A stretch of DNA of 64,000 bases from Eledone cirrhosa (lineage: Eukaryota): positions 34,596,001-34,660,000 of the forward strand of contig OZ024745.1 of NCBI GenBank assembly GCA_964016885.1, given 5' to 3'. Shown piece after piece: positions 1 through 13,530 of the stretch. Positions within the stretch are counted from its first letter, which is position 1. The number at the start of each line of letters is the position of its first letter. The notes beneath the pieces are model-generated. The model did no database searches, was not told the DNA's origin, and worked only from the letters and a program-made list of their open reading frames with translations. The position numbers and the translations under genes were made by a program.

Positions 1-18
1 AGGAAAAGTATGTATATG

Positions 19-77
<59 letters not shown>

Positions 78-87
78 CCAAAATGGG

Positions 88-310
88 TGACTGAATACGC
101 AAGTGGTTTGTCCCCCTTTTCTCGTTATTTTCTCCGTTCCTTCCTCTTCTCACTTTTTCGCTTTCTATTTTTATATCTTTTTCTAACTTTATCTTCTGAG
201 GAAGCATAGTGTTCGAAACTTTAAGACTCTTTTCCTGTTATTTCAAGCATTAAACTAATATATTTCTTCGATGTACTGTGTCGTTTGCTTTGTTACTTCT
301 GTACACGTTT
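88..310 (+). mobile_element. Penelope-like element end (pLTR-like) with degenerate minimal hammerhead
   Basis: Pyrimidine-rich run, then TCTT-CTGAGGA-AGCATAGTGTTC-GAAACTTT-AAGA (192-226) and tail TTTCAAGC...TGTACTGTGTCGTTTGCTTTG. Aligns by eye with the reverse complement of 57045-57248. Flanked by microsatellites. Confidence 0.7.
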
Positions 311-372
311 TGCAAACACACACGCACGCGCACCCGCACGCACACACACACGCGCGCACATACACACACACA

Positions 373-467
<95 letters not shown>

Positions 468-469
<2 letters not shown>

Positions 470-523
470 AAGGAATTGTGGCCAGGAACCAGATGGACCA
501 TAACGCACCAGAGTACTCAATAC
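468..523 (-). mobile_element. 3' tail fragment of the GGAACCAGATGGACCATAACGCACCAGAGTACTCAATAC family
   Basis: Near-identical to segments at 18093-18132, 30819-30857 and 31033-31071. Abuts (TA)n. Confidence 0.8.
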
Positions 524-835
524 GCCAGAACAAAGGAGAGACACACAAAAAAAAGAATCCCCAGTCACTGAAGAGGTCACAGAATGTGTGACGAAAGAAC
601 TTTGACAATATATGAACAACCGTCCGGTTGTGGAACCAACCAACCAACCAACAGGAAATTTATAAAAAAAATATTTTTAATTAAAAAAAAATTCTTTTTA
701 ATTTATAATAAATTGGAGTGAAAGCAACTGGTGCGTGTGTTTCTTATTGGTAACATGACCCTCCCAAAGTATAACAATATCGGTTTCAACACACGTTTTC
801 AGATAAAGAATCTTGCTAAACAAATTCAGAAACGA
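524..835 (+). mobile_element. Penelope-like 3' end, same family as 40289-41196
   Basis: Contains an HHR. 755-821 (ATGACCCTCCCAAAGTATAACAATAT...CTTGCTAAAC) matches the reverse complement of 40289-40356. 695-740 recurs at 38095-38139. Confidence 0.75.
564..606 (+). ncRNA. Minimal type I hammerhead ribozyme
   Basis: Stem I GTCA/TGAC, core CTGAAGA (568-574), stem II GTCACA/TGTGAC, GAAA (593-596), very short stem III (G-AA-C), predicted cleavage after CUU at 602. Confidence 0.75.
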
Positions 836-1026
836 TATATATATATATATAGTTAGGGAAGCAGAAAATTGCACTTACCAATGAAACGGTCGTAAATACC
901 TGGATAAAATCCTTCTTTTTATGCTTACCTGTGTTTTATACTATATATATATATATATACATTTACATATATATATATATGCACGCATACACTCAGGCGC
1001 AGACACACAAATATATATACATATGT

Positions 1027-1082
<56 letters not shown>

Positions 1083-1103
1083 GTGCGCGTGTGTGTGTGT
1101 GTG

Positions 1104-1204
<101 letters not shown>

Positions 1205-3398
1205 GCGCGCGTGCGTGTAAATACGCTACAAAATGTAAAATCCTGAGCCGCGTATTCTGCAATATGTCTTTTAACTCCAGTTTCAATTATTTCTCATTCT
1301 CTATCAGCCTCTATCAATACATTTCATAAAGATTAGGAGCGCCGTAGTTCTAATTAATCCTTATCTGAAATTTACAGAACTAATCTTCTAAAGTTACTAT
1401 CATTATATAGTTCTATAAAGTTGATGTGTTATAAGTTTATGAAGCTAATAACTTAATTTTGATGAGGTTATTAATTTGTAGTTTATTTGGCTAATGATCA
1501 GGCGTTTGGAATGCGGGGATTTAGCAGAGTCATTAGTGGAATACTATGTATTGATAGTGTGCTTTATAAATTTACAAAATATTATTGCTTTCTTATTTAT
1601 TTGATCCACTAAGGGCTCAAGAGATTTTGTGGAATTCTGCAAAATTTGTGAATTGTATAATTTAAATCGATACATATAAAATTTGACGAATAGAAGAGCG
1701 AATAGAAGATGTTGAATTAATTCTAAGAAATTACGAATAATCGGCAATTTTTCAGATTTAAGGGTAAAGACATTGAGTTATTTTTTCTTTTCTGTAATCT
1801 CAGGAAATACAACCTTAATAAGGGCAGTTTTCTCAGGAAATACAACCTTAATGGAGGCAGTTTTCCAACTCCACCCTCAACGTAAACACTATTAAATAAC
1901 ATCGTTATAGAAATCATATTAAATATTCCCATATAATTGAACCACCCTCCATCCACATTAGATAATATTATGAAGAACATTAGCATTCGTTTGTTCAACA
2001 TTCTTTATTATGACCCTTATTTCAACAATATTGCAAACTATCGCAATAATGTCAGAAGAAATGGTGGTTATAGGCAGAATATTTATTAAGAAATAACCTA
2101 AAAAAAACTCAATAAAGACAGGATTCAGAACGAATAGGATAATGAGTGACAAAGCTGGTCCTATCAATTACACATACAGAACCATCCGGCCAGCTTCCAA
2201 ACAGTTTTCCTCTATCACACAAACAGCTGACACTTTCCTAGGATGCTAAGCAGTGGAATCAAACCTGAGACCTTATGATTGTGAACCGAACTTCTTCAAT
2301 TTAACATTAATCTTGATTGAAAGATATTTAAAATACCAACATAATAATCGTTAAGGTGTGATGTATAAAATATGTATATATTTGTCACTAATTGGAAAGG
2401 ATTCTTGTTATATTAACTGGCAAATGATTTAACTATTCCTCTCTGAGCAACTGTCACAATTAACGAAAGGTTTCCTGTCTTCACTAAGGTACAATTTATA
2501 AACTATTTGCTGTTATCTACGGCACAAATGACATAGTTAAAGTTTTTGAAGTCTGTGATTATGCACATACCAACGTTAGTGCGCGTCTATTTGTTAGTGT
2601 GTAGCTGTGTGTATGACTGAATGGATATATGTGTATGTGTGCGTCTGTATATGTGCAATACGAGAGTGTCTGGGAGTGGTGTGTGTTTGAGTGTGTGTGT
2701 TTGTGTGTTGGTTTGTTTCTTTATGTGTCTGTATATCCCTGTGTATATTGAAGAGATGGAGAATCTTGTCTTCATAAATGGCTGCTGCGCTATTTTCATC
2801 AAATGGCATGCTGTTTATATTTTTGCCGTTGCTATTGTTGATGTTTAGCCCCAGTCTCTTAGTACTGAGGTAGATTATTCCACTATATCTCTTTATCACT
2901 TCCATTCTCTCGCTTTCTATCCTCCTCTGGTAGAAATCTGCTGTATTCAGACCTGGAGAGGAGATGGACTCTGCCAGGTTTTAAAATGCTCTAGAAACGC
3001 CGCATGTGAATGCGGTGCCCCTACGACTCAAGCAAGAGATATGGGGAAACCATACACATAATGAGGTAGTGGTATCCTATAGGTGCCATAGTACAGCTTT
3101 ACAGAATAATGCTTCTAATATTGTAGTACAGTGATCTACTATTGTAGAGTACTATACTCTGATTCCATTGAGGTAATATGATATAATGTAATGATATAGA
3201 GGTAAACTAAAACGTTACATTGAAAAGCGAATCCGTTAAAGGTAGGTAAATGAAAATATTTTTATAAAAACATTAATGATAGAGAAAATGTCTTCATTCA
3301 GCCATTGACCTAATGTTTCACATATCGAACGGTGGGCGTGTGTGTATATATGGGGTTTATTTATGCACACTCACACACACAAGCCACATACATGCACA

Positions 3399-3442
<44 letters not shown>

Positions 3443-3494
3443 TTTAGCATTGACGCTCACAAGAATGAATACTTAGTAACATAGTGATGAATAG

Positions 3495-3540
<46 letters not shown>

Positions 3541-4153
3541 ATATATACACACACACAACAGTAAGTGTATATTTGTGAGCATGTCTATAAGTACATAGCC
3601 AGAAAGTAAAGAAAGCAAAAGCAGAAAGGAAAGAGATGATTTCAAAAGAAGTCTTTTTATTTGCACACATCCATTAACTGCTTCATACATTAATGCTCAT
3701 ATGAAGTCTTTTTGTTCTGTTTTTCTTTTTTATTCATTTTCTGTATTAAAAGAAATAGACGTTACATATATATTTATATCATCGATGTTACTGGAAATCT
3801 TCAATTGTAAAATGACTACCTTGTTAACATTTGGTATTGAATGCTTTCAATGTATTCAACACAACACATATATCACGACTATACGACTATATGGAGAAAA
3901 GATGCATAGCAACAAGTGTATGTTACATTGCATGTAATGTCTCAATATGTAAGTGTATATATATGTGCGCATATATGTATGTGTGTATGCATGCATACAT
4001 ATATATACATATATACATATATATATATATGTATATATATATGTATGTGTATATGCATGTGTGAGTATGTGTGCGTGCGTGTTTATGTATATGTACTTAT
4101 ATCCTTGTGCATATATTATATGGATATTTATAAATATAAATATATAAATGCAT

Positions 4154-4237
<84 letters not shown>

Positions 4238-4254
4238 TATGTATATATATATGT

Positions 4255-4895
4255 ATGTATGTGTGTATATATGTAGTTGTATAGGTACGAATGTATATAT
4301 GTACGTACATAAGTGCGGGTGGATATAGATATGTATATATCATGTATGTATGTACGTATGTATGTACGTATATATATGTGTGTGCATATATGTATGCATG
4401 TACGTATGTATGTATGTGCATACATTGCAACGAAAACATCTCACGATCAGACCGGAGGCATTTAGCATAATCATTTCTTAGAATGATACAGCAGTCGTAT
4501 GATGATAGCGCATGTCATTTATAACAGATTCAGTATTCTTTAGTTAACATGCATACCATATGTGAAAATTATTCACATGTTTAGATTTTAGTAGAGGGAA
4601 ACGGACGTTAAAGCATAACACATACATATATACATATATGCATATTTACATATATATAAGTACGTACATACGTACTTACATACGTCCATAAATACATACA
4701 TACATACATACATACATACATACATACATACATACATACATACATACATACATACATACATACATACATACGTACATACATGATATATACATGTCTATAT
4801 CCACCCGTACTTATGTACGTACATATATACATTCGTACCTATACAACTAAATATATACATTCGTACCTATACAACTACATATATACACACATACA
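4255..4895. repeat. Inverted repeat with ~100-bp arms inside TATG/CATA microsatellite
   Basis: 4255-4360 (GTAGTTGTATAGGTACGAATG...GCGGGTGGATATAGA) is the reverse complement of ~4770-4895. The right arm has an internal tandem duplication. Confidence 0.8.
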
Positions 4896-6375
4896 TATAC
4901 ATATATACTTAATACAGGCATACATTCATTCATACACACACATACAGAGAACCATACGTACGTACGTACCTACATACATGCATGCATACATACATACATA
5001 CATACATACTTATTAGAGAAAAGAAGAATATTTATGCTGAACTAATGAGAAATCTGTAGACACTCCACCCTGACTATACTTTCAGATTTGTACCTGTTAT
5101 AATTGTGTCTCTGGGATATGTTAATAACTGCTTCAGTACAAATTTCGAGAGGATGGGCTTCTCAGAACCAGAAATGGTACAGCTAGTTAGAAATAACAAG
5201 TACAATCCATTAATGGAACTTATTGATAGACATATGTGCTACTGCTGTCACTTTTGCACATCTGGGCACCTCATAGCATAAATTGTTAAGTTTGCAACAA
5301 TGTATATCAATACCAACCATATAAATGAAATAGTTGCTGCTACAACTGAGCATATTTTTTGTATATACGTCACCGCATACATCTAGTTGTAAAGCCATGC
5401 ATAGCCACATTACAAGTAAAAGTGTTATTAAGAGGCAGTTGACAAAGCTTGGTTTAATTATTGTGCAAAATGGCTTCGAGAATGAAGTTGAAAAATAGAT
5501 AACGTAAGGAAGTTTACAAAAATAAGGCACGGCTACAATCCCGTAGAAAGAAATTTAAAAAATGTATTGCCACATCTTATAGGTGGCACTCTGGTGAGGC
5601 AGAAATGATTTGATAATAATCCAAAAATCCAAATGTATTTCCGGTAAAAAGTTGAAGAGTCGTTGGAGGTGTAGTAGTTAAAATAGTTGTAAATTAGCTC
5701 AGGCATAGATGCGTGGCTATGATGTCCGCTTCGAGATTTCAGGTTCAGTCCAGCTACAATGGCTTCACCACTGCTTTTTGAGAGAAAATTGGTAGAGGAA
5801 AATTACAGAAGTTCATCGGGTGTTAATTTATGTGTTTAGATTTGTGTCTTTATCTGAGTCTTTGTATCTGTCTCGTAATTTATACGGTTCAACTAAATAA
5901 TTACCAAACTTGCTGGGAACGATATATTCGATTAAGAGACTTTAAAGCAGCGACACAGGTTTGCTGCAATCTAATGACTAAGTCGAATTTAAAAAAATAT
6001 AATTGTAAAAACTGTGAAGAAAGGAAGGGAAAGTACTCCACGCTTCAGATGCTCTACTGTGGGAGATAAAACGTAGTTCTGTGTGAAGTAATTAAAATGG
6101 AATAGTGGGTGTAATGAGATTCATTATTCGTAATCTCTTGATGTATATATTAAACGCCACCACACCGAATAATAGTTTTACAAACATACAAGCAGAGCAG
6201 GCGTTTTGGTATTTAGAGCTCTTGACTAACTGAAACATGTGTGTTCCTTCTAATTAAGCGCCCCATTCTCCTAAATAAAATAATTTTCAACTTGTAGTTT
6301 GTAGTTTGGTAAGTCTAATTTTCCCCTTAGGCTCTCCACACTCACCCAAGCCAAATCCTGCAATAATTCAAATCA

Positions 6376-6448
<73 letters not shown>

Positions 6449-6449
<1 letters not shown>

Positions 6450-6518
6450 TCGTTTTATTAAGACTAAATAGTGAGTTTTGTTACTCTGGATTTTCGCCTG
6501 CTTGTCACAGGGTCATCA
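6449..6518 (-). mobile_element. 5'-truncated HHR-bearing PLE-like fragment in (TA)n
   Basis: Minus strand reads TGATGA-C-CCTG-TGACAAG-CAGG-C-GAAAATC. The core C and the 5' strand of stem I are lost at the TA junction. Confidence 0.5.
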
Positions 6519-6714
6519 TATATATGTATATGTGTGTATATATTTATATTTATATAACAAGACTACAATATTTCAGCAAAGAATGTATTCCTTTTAGTTT
6601 CATCTGAGAAGCTTACCAGATACACGGACTAAATTTAATTGTACAATATTTTGTTTTTAAAATTGAAATTTATTACAGTTTGCTACATTCCACAGATCCT
6701 AATTCTCCCCATCC

Positions 6715-7098
6715 GAGTTAGTGGTTAGAGCATTGGACTTGCAATCGAAAGGTTGTGAGTTCAATTCTCAGACCGGGTGATGTGCTGTTTCCTTGAGCAA
6801 GACACTTTATTTCACATTGCTCCAGTTTACTCAGCTGTAGAAATGAGATGATAGGGACTGGGGTCCCTATCATTCCACTGCAAAGTGGTCGTGGATGTGC
6901 CACGGCAAAAATGCACCCAGCCCACGCTGTAAAGTGGACGTGTAGGCGCCACGAAAAAAAAGCATCCAGCACTCACTGTAAATGAGGTTGGTGTTAGGAA
7001 GGGCATCCAGCTGTAGAAATCAAGCCAGAATCTGTTCCCGTCCCACCCTCGCAAGCACGGAAAAGCGGACGTAAAATGATGATGATGATGATGATGAT
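6715..7098 (+). mobile_element. tRNA-derived CORE-like SINE with LINE-like tail ending in (TGA)n
   Basis: A/B-box-like TAGTGGTTAGAGC...GAGTTCAATTC, central CCTTGAGCAAGACACTT...CTCCAGT, tail AGGAAGGGCATCCAGC...GGACGTAAAA(TGA)n. Confidence 0.7.
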
Positions 7099-7216
7099 AT
7101 ATATATATATATATATGTGCGCGTGTGTGTATATATACATTCATCTACTTAGATATATATATATATATTGTACATGAATGTATACACACACATACACACA
7201 CATATATATATATGTG

Positions 7217-7249
<33 letters not shown>

Positions 7250-9991
7250 ATGTATGCATGTATTTTCCTGAGTTATTGTAATTAATTGGGCTGATAAATA
7301 GATAAAATATCGGAAATAGTTAATTACAGTACTAAATACCTTGCACTAATTACTTCCGTTCCTTTACATACGCAGCTGTTTACTGAGGCACATTCAATCA
7401 ATTAATTTGTTCACCTTTACATTTCTGAACCTCTGTAGAAGTGAAGGATCGCTATTTGCAATTCCAATGTAAAACAGGGTTATCTGTCGTATCTTATCAA
7501 ACAACATATATAGATTTACATTGTTAGTACGTTCCTATATGTGTTACTGATAGAGAGTTTGAGATAGTGACAGGCTATATAACTATATATTTAGATGTAT
7601 GTGTTATGTATTTATGTATATATATGTATGTATATTTATATGTGTATGCATTTGTTTGCACGCGTATTTGTTTGTGTCTTTGTGAGTGCATGTGTGTTTG
7701 CATGTATGAAATATGTTAATGATTTTACACGAAGCTGACTTTGCAGATGACTACGTGCTTGGTAATGAAGTAAATAAATGAAGGCTCCCCTTTTTATATG
7801 ATCTATTAACGCCAGTCATCCCCTTGGTGTTTGACTCCAGGAATCATGATTTGTAGCTAATCGCTTACTTTGCAATATTTACCGAATATCATTAATATAA
7901 ACAACATCTTATTACTATATATGAACGAAATACTATGATTTTCTAGTTTTTGGCACGTTTAATGTACATCTTCTCAATTCACTCCTACCGGGGGCAGAGT
8001 TGGCTTCCCGCAGGTGCGTACCCAGCAAGGTGGATGGAGTTTCAACGCGACTCCCTCACAGTCCTCCGGTACGTTGTATTTTCCATCATGCGGGCCGTGG
8101 TCAAGAGTAAGTTAGTTGGAGGTGGAGGTTATTCGTTCGCACGTCACAGATATACACTCATACGCAACATTTTGAAAATAAACAAACATTAGATACGCCA
8201 ATAAATGAACGAATTTTAGAGTATGTAACTGAACATTAAACACTAATCGACCAAACCAGAAGCCTTGCTTTCGTAGCTGAATATTCAATACTCATATAAA
8301 ATGTGTAACAATTATTTTATGGAGAAAGTGTATACAAAACTGAAAAGTATAAGAAATATAGTAAACTGAGAAATCAAAGTAGTACACATATTTTTACCTT
8401 GACCAGATGATCACTTTTTACCAAGAAAAATTTAATTCAATTTATTAATTTGTATTATATTTTTCTATTTGTAGCAGTGTATTACCAGTGAGGTGATAAC
8501 TTACAAGTTGCTGATTTTTGGTTTATTTTTTCTGTTAATAATATCACTAACGCAAGTTATATGCTCTTTCGAAAGAAAAGCGTATATGAATACAATGTCA
8601 TTTCTTTTTAAGATTAGCTTCAATTAGATAAGGTTGCAAGGAGAGAAAATATAACCTTTAACCATTTTGTTGATAATGGAATTGGATAATGCAAAGTTAC
8701 CAATTTAATATTTCCCTTTAATTATACCCTGTTGCTGTTTTCCTGATTTCAGTTATTGGATGGAAGCCGTCCTTGGCAATGGGGCGCCGCCGTCAAGAAT
8801 TTGGTCGATCATAACGATCAGTCTGATGCAATTATCGACCTATATTTATCGAATTGTATATTATGAGACGTAAACACAACATAAACACTGACATGAGCAT
8901 ACACAAAGATATACACACAAACATACACTCACATACATACACACATACATCGGCATATACACACATATATTCCGAGTGTTCTTTCAATTATAAAAGAATA
9001 ATATACTTGAGCGGGCCACATCTCTCGATTCAGATACAACAGGTGGACTATTAGAGTGACAGAGTGGGCACAGAGAAGATCCTGAGGGCGGCCAAAGGCC
9101 ATGTATCGTCATGATCTGACCCGATACCTCGGCCCCACATAGATCAGTATGGCCAGAGTTAGGAAGTGGTGGGGGTCCTCCAGGGAAGGGTTCCTCCAAC
9201 AGAAGTAAGAAGGCCCTGTTTTTTTTATTTTCGAATATACTTGGGTGAAACATAGATTATCTCATAATCAATATTTTTAGGTGGTAGTTCAGCGGAGAAA
9301 TACCTGGCTGTATTTACCAATACTCCTTTACCCTCTTATTTCAAATCTTACTTGGGATCAACTATGAATTTCATCTTTCAATGGGCGATAAAATAAAGTG
9401 CCTAGCATGTATTGGAATCGGTGCAATCGACTATGAATGTACGGCTTTATATCTATGCTATAAATAGCTCAACATCTAATGATTAATATATTATTTCTGC
9501 CATTCATCAATGTCTATATATATCTACTTAGATATTTGAAAAATGATTAACCTGTACATTAGTTAATATAATGTGAATATATATGGAAACACATTAGTTC
9601 CTCATTATGTTGGTGAACTGAAGGATATTCGCAAGTAGACAAGTCTGTGAAATAAAGAGCAAATATAACAGCAGCTTAGCTGGATGACATCAATAGGTCA
9701 CCTTTAATCTAGATAGAGCAGATAGTAGTAGTATGGCTGAGGACAAATAGAATATATATTATCCTGAATAGTCAAAAGCATAATACATGAGCGTCAAACA
9801 AAGGATGTGATTTTGCTTTCTTATATACATGTAACCAACTAATGATATGAGTGTATGAGGCTTTATTCATGTCATGTGTGTTCGAGTGCGTGAGTGTGTT
9901 TGTCGTAGAATGAATGTCCTTTTGATTCTCTTTGTGAAATATAATTTTATTTAATTGTTTAGTTATTTGTTATTAATACTACTTCTACTAA

Positions 9992-10740
9992 AGGCGGTGG
10001 ACTGTCAGTATCGGGAGAAGGTCGGATGCCATGCTTTGCAGCATGGAGGTACGGCCCTTTACGGTTTGAATGAATTCAAATCCCACCGAGGTTAATTTTG
10101 CCTTCATCCTTACGGGGTCAATAACATTAAGCACCAGTAATTACCTGGAATCATTGCTGGCCTTGTGCCAAAAGTAGAAACAATTGCTACTGCTAGGGCG
10201 TTGAATTTGTAGTATTGATAGAGCGTCAGACATGTTTTGTGGCATATAGTTACGTCCCTTTACGTTTCGAATTCAAATCCCGCAGAGGTTAGTTTTGCTT
10301 TCATCCTTCCAGTGTCGATAAAATAAAGTACCAGTAACGTACTGGTGTCGATTTAATCGACTTTTCCCTCTCCACAAATTGTTGACTTTGTACCTAGATC
10401 AGAAACCATTATTTCCGAGGTTAACTTTGCCTTTCATCCTTACGGGGTCGATAAAATAAAATACCAGTAATGCACTGGGTAATTGCTGGCCTTGTGCCAT
10501 AAAGTAGAAACAATTATTATTCTAACTATTAGGGAGATGGAATGGCAGTACCGGTAGAGCGTCGGACAAAATGTTGTGCGGTATTTAGTACTTGCTGCTA
10601 TGTTCTGGTTTCAAATCCCACCGAGATGAACTTTGATTTTCATCCTTCCAGGATAAAGTACCAGTTAAGTAATGTGATCGATATCATCGATTCTCCTCCT
10701 CCTACCAAATTTCTGGCCTTGTGCCAATGTTAGAAATATT
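9992..10740 (+). mobile_element. Cluster of four tRNA-derived SINE copies (family A)
   Basis: Repeated TTCAAATCC B-box-like motif and central domain TTTGCCTTTCATCCTT.CGGGGTCGATAAAATAAAGTACCAG. Tail GGCCTTGTGCCAAAAGTAGAAAC. Confidence 0.85.
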
Positions 10741-11619
10741 AGTTATTGTATTTTATTTGTTTATTTTGTATTTTCAATTTTGCATCTGTTTTGCAAATAT
10801 AGAATCACAATTATATTCATTTAATACTGCACTACAATGTCTTCTTAGATGATCTGTGTTTAACTTTGATAGCTACTTCCTACTATAGATTGATTAGTTA
10901 TAATCAATCCTATATAGAGCTCGACAGTCGATAGTTGTACCAACTAGTTTCTATCATTAACTGACCTTGAGGTTGTTGATTGAGTGTCGCAGTTCTAATC
11001 ACGCCGAGATAAACTTTGCATTTTCTCCATTCGGGGTCAATAAAATAATGTAGTAGTAACGCACTCGGGTGGATATAATTTCACAATCATTAGCCTCCTT
11101 TAAGCGCATACATGTGTGTAGGATGCCAACCACTTTCACGTTAATTTTATGAAAAGTCTGTTTCGCTGATCGAACATTAAAACATTCAGTCTCAAAACCG
11201 ATGGAAATCCATTCCATTATAAGGCATTTGTATTCATATGTGTTATCGGTTACTTTATGTGAAGTTGAATTTCATATTTGAATAAATACAATCACTTGTA
11301 ATTTGGACTTCCTAAATATTTCTCTCGAGACAACAGAAACGTTAAAATACAAAAGCAAATGTAAAATCATATTGTTTAATGAAATGCAGTTTTAGGTCCT
11401 TTCCGTTATCTAAATTCGATACGACCCAAATCGATATGATAATGAACAGTAAAATATAGAGGTTGGTTCAATGGATTACAGGATTATATAACATTTTCCG
11501 TTACGATAGATTGTTTGCTAAAGAGAAAAATTATATATATATCACGGCAAAAGTTTCTTGAAACCACATCATATCTTCTCAAAAGGGATACTTGTAGTCC
11601 AACATATATACACATAAGG

Positions 11620-12140
11620 GGAGGGGGCCCCTTTGTATCATACGGCGTTTCTTGGGCATTTTAAAAACCTGGTGAAGCTCATCTTTTCTTCAGATCTGAA
11701 AGCCGATTCCTTCCAGAGAAGGGGAGAGAATGATAGGGAGAAGTGGGAAAGAGATATAGGGAGGAATCGACCACAGAACTGGGCTGTATCTGTATTTATC
11801 AGTCTCGAAAGGATGAAAGGCAAAGTTGATTTCGACGTGATTTGAACACAGAGCACATAATGCCGAAATGAAGACCACAAGACATTCCATCCAACGTTCT
11901 AACGATGCTGCCAACTCGCCACCACATTCTGATTTATACTGTTCATTAAAATAGAGATTTATAATTTAGGCACAAGGCTAGTAATTTGGGGGAGTTGGGG
12001 GGGGGGGCGATTTTATCGAGCCTAGTATTTTTCTGGTACCTTTTTTTATTGACCTCGGTGAGATATGAATCCACAGCGTAAAGAGCCAGAAAAAATAATA
12101 AGCATTTCTCTGACGCTCAAACGACTTTGCCAATCCACCG
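11620..12140 (-). mobile_element. Two family A SINEs, one with alternative tail module D
   Basis: Reverse complement of the family A central domain at 11800-11850 and 12030-12060. Module D at 11620-11740. Confidence 0.7.
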
Positions 12141-12711
12141 ATCTACTGTTCATAATAATAATAAAAATAATAACAATAATAATAATAGCAAAAACAATGA
12201 CAACAACAATATACGATGGAGTATATCTGCTCGGTGGGGACTGACAAGAAAGAGGCTAAACAACAAGAACAACAAGAACTAACATTCTTACTTCGATGTA
12301 TTCAATTATTTAGGTTATTTTGTTCTTTGTTTTGTGGGATTTTTCATTCTTTCATTTCTAATAAGGATTAATGTTTTATATGATAATATAAAGAAAGAAA
12401 AATATGTAAGATGAAAAATATTTTCTGGTCGAATGTGATATAATCCCACTGAGATAATAGGATTTAAGTCTGCTACCATTAGCCTTCCCTGAAGATGGGT
12501 CAGTAATTGCTGTTGAAAGATGCAAACACGTTGTAACTTGTCAGTGCTTGGTGCTATTGTTTTCTGAATAAGAAATAAATACAAAACAAAAGTACATGGT
12601 TGCTTATTTGCAAAGACAACCTTACAAGCTGCTGTTCTAACATCATGTATTCATAATAATAATTATATAATCATATATTTATCTACGTAATTAATGTTAT
12701 ATTCATAGCAA

Positions 12712-13000
12712 TACAGTCATAGTCATAGCAATGAAGTCGTAATAGTAATAGCTATGTAGCCAGTCATAATTATGTGAGTGTAGTCATAGCTATGTAACCA
12801 TAGTCATAGTTATGTAATCGTAGTCTTAACTATATAGTCGTAGTGATAGCAACGTAGTTGTTATAGCTAAATAGTTCTAGTCATAACTATGCAGGCGTAT
12901 TAATAGTCATATAGTCATATCCACGCTATATAGGCGTAGTGATAGCCATATAGTCGTAGTAATAGTTATATAATCGCAGTCATACCCGTATAATCGTAAG
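12712..13000. repeat. Degenerate ~20-bp minisatellite (TAGTCATAGCTATGTAGTCG-like)
   Basis: Recurrent TAGTCATAG/CTAT.TAG motifs at ~20-bp spacing. Confidence 0.65.
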
Positions 13001-13284
13001 ACATTGAAATTCCGTTTCACAATTTCCACATGGAATTAGAAATTATTTAAAATTTTAATTCGTTGTTCTTTTCACAAGAGCGATTTAAAAGCCAGAGCTG
13101 CAATGTATACTTTGATTATTAATGACAACCAAATTATTTCTCTCCTTTTAAATACATATAAACATTACAGCACTTAATGAGTGAGATCGTATGATTACAT
13201 TTGCATTCTGTCATTTACATTTCTATGTGTATATGTGTGTGTATGTGGAAGGGAAAGGAGAAAGAAAGAAAGAACAAAAGAAAG

Positions 13285-13530
13285 AAAGAAAGGAAGAGCG
13301 AAGAACATTTTCAAAGAATCAATTGTCCATTTTAAGGTCTCTCGTACTTATAATGTACATGACATCACATCACATTTCTCATATTACGCACGTATTCATA
13401 TAAGAAAGCACATTTCTTTTCATAAGTTTCATTGAATGAATGAAAGTGTACGTAATATGAGAATTTTAAGTACGGGATGCACTGAAATGGACAATCGATG
13501 CTCTCAAAACATTCTCCGTTTTTTCTTTAT
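13285..13530. repeat. Old imperfect fold-back (inverted repeat)
   Basis: ATTGTCCATTT...CGTACTTA...TTCTCATATTACG in the left arm versus CGTAATATGAGAA...TAAGTACG...AAATGGACAAT in the right arm. Confidence 0.75.

Noticed and set aside
6715-6790. tRNA genes at SINE heads (also 14980, 44060)
   Set aside because: Only A/B-box-like remnants with no complete cloverleaf, continuing directly into SINE bodies.
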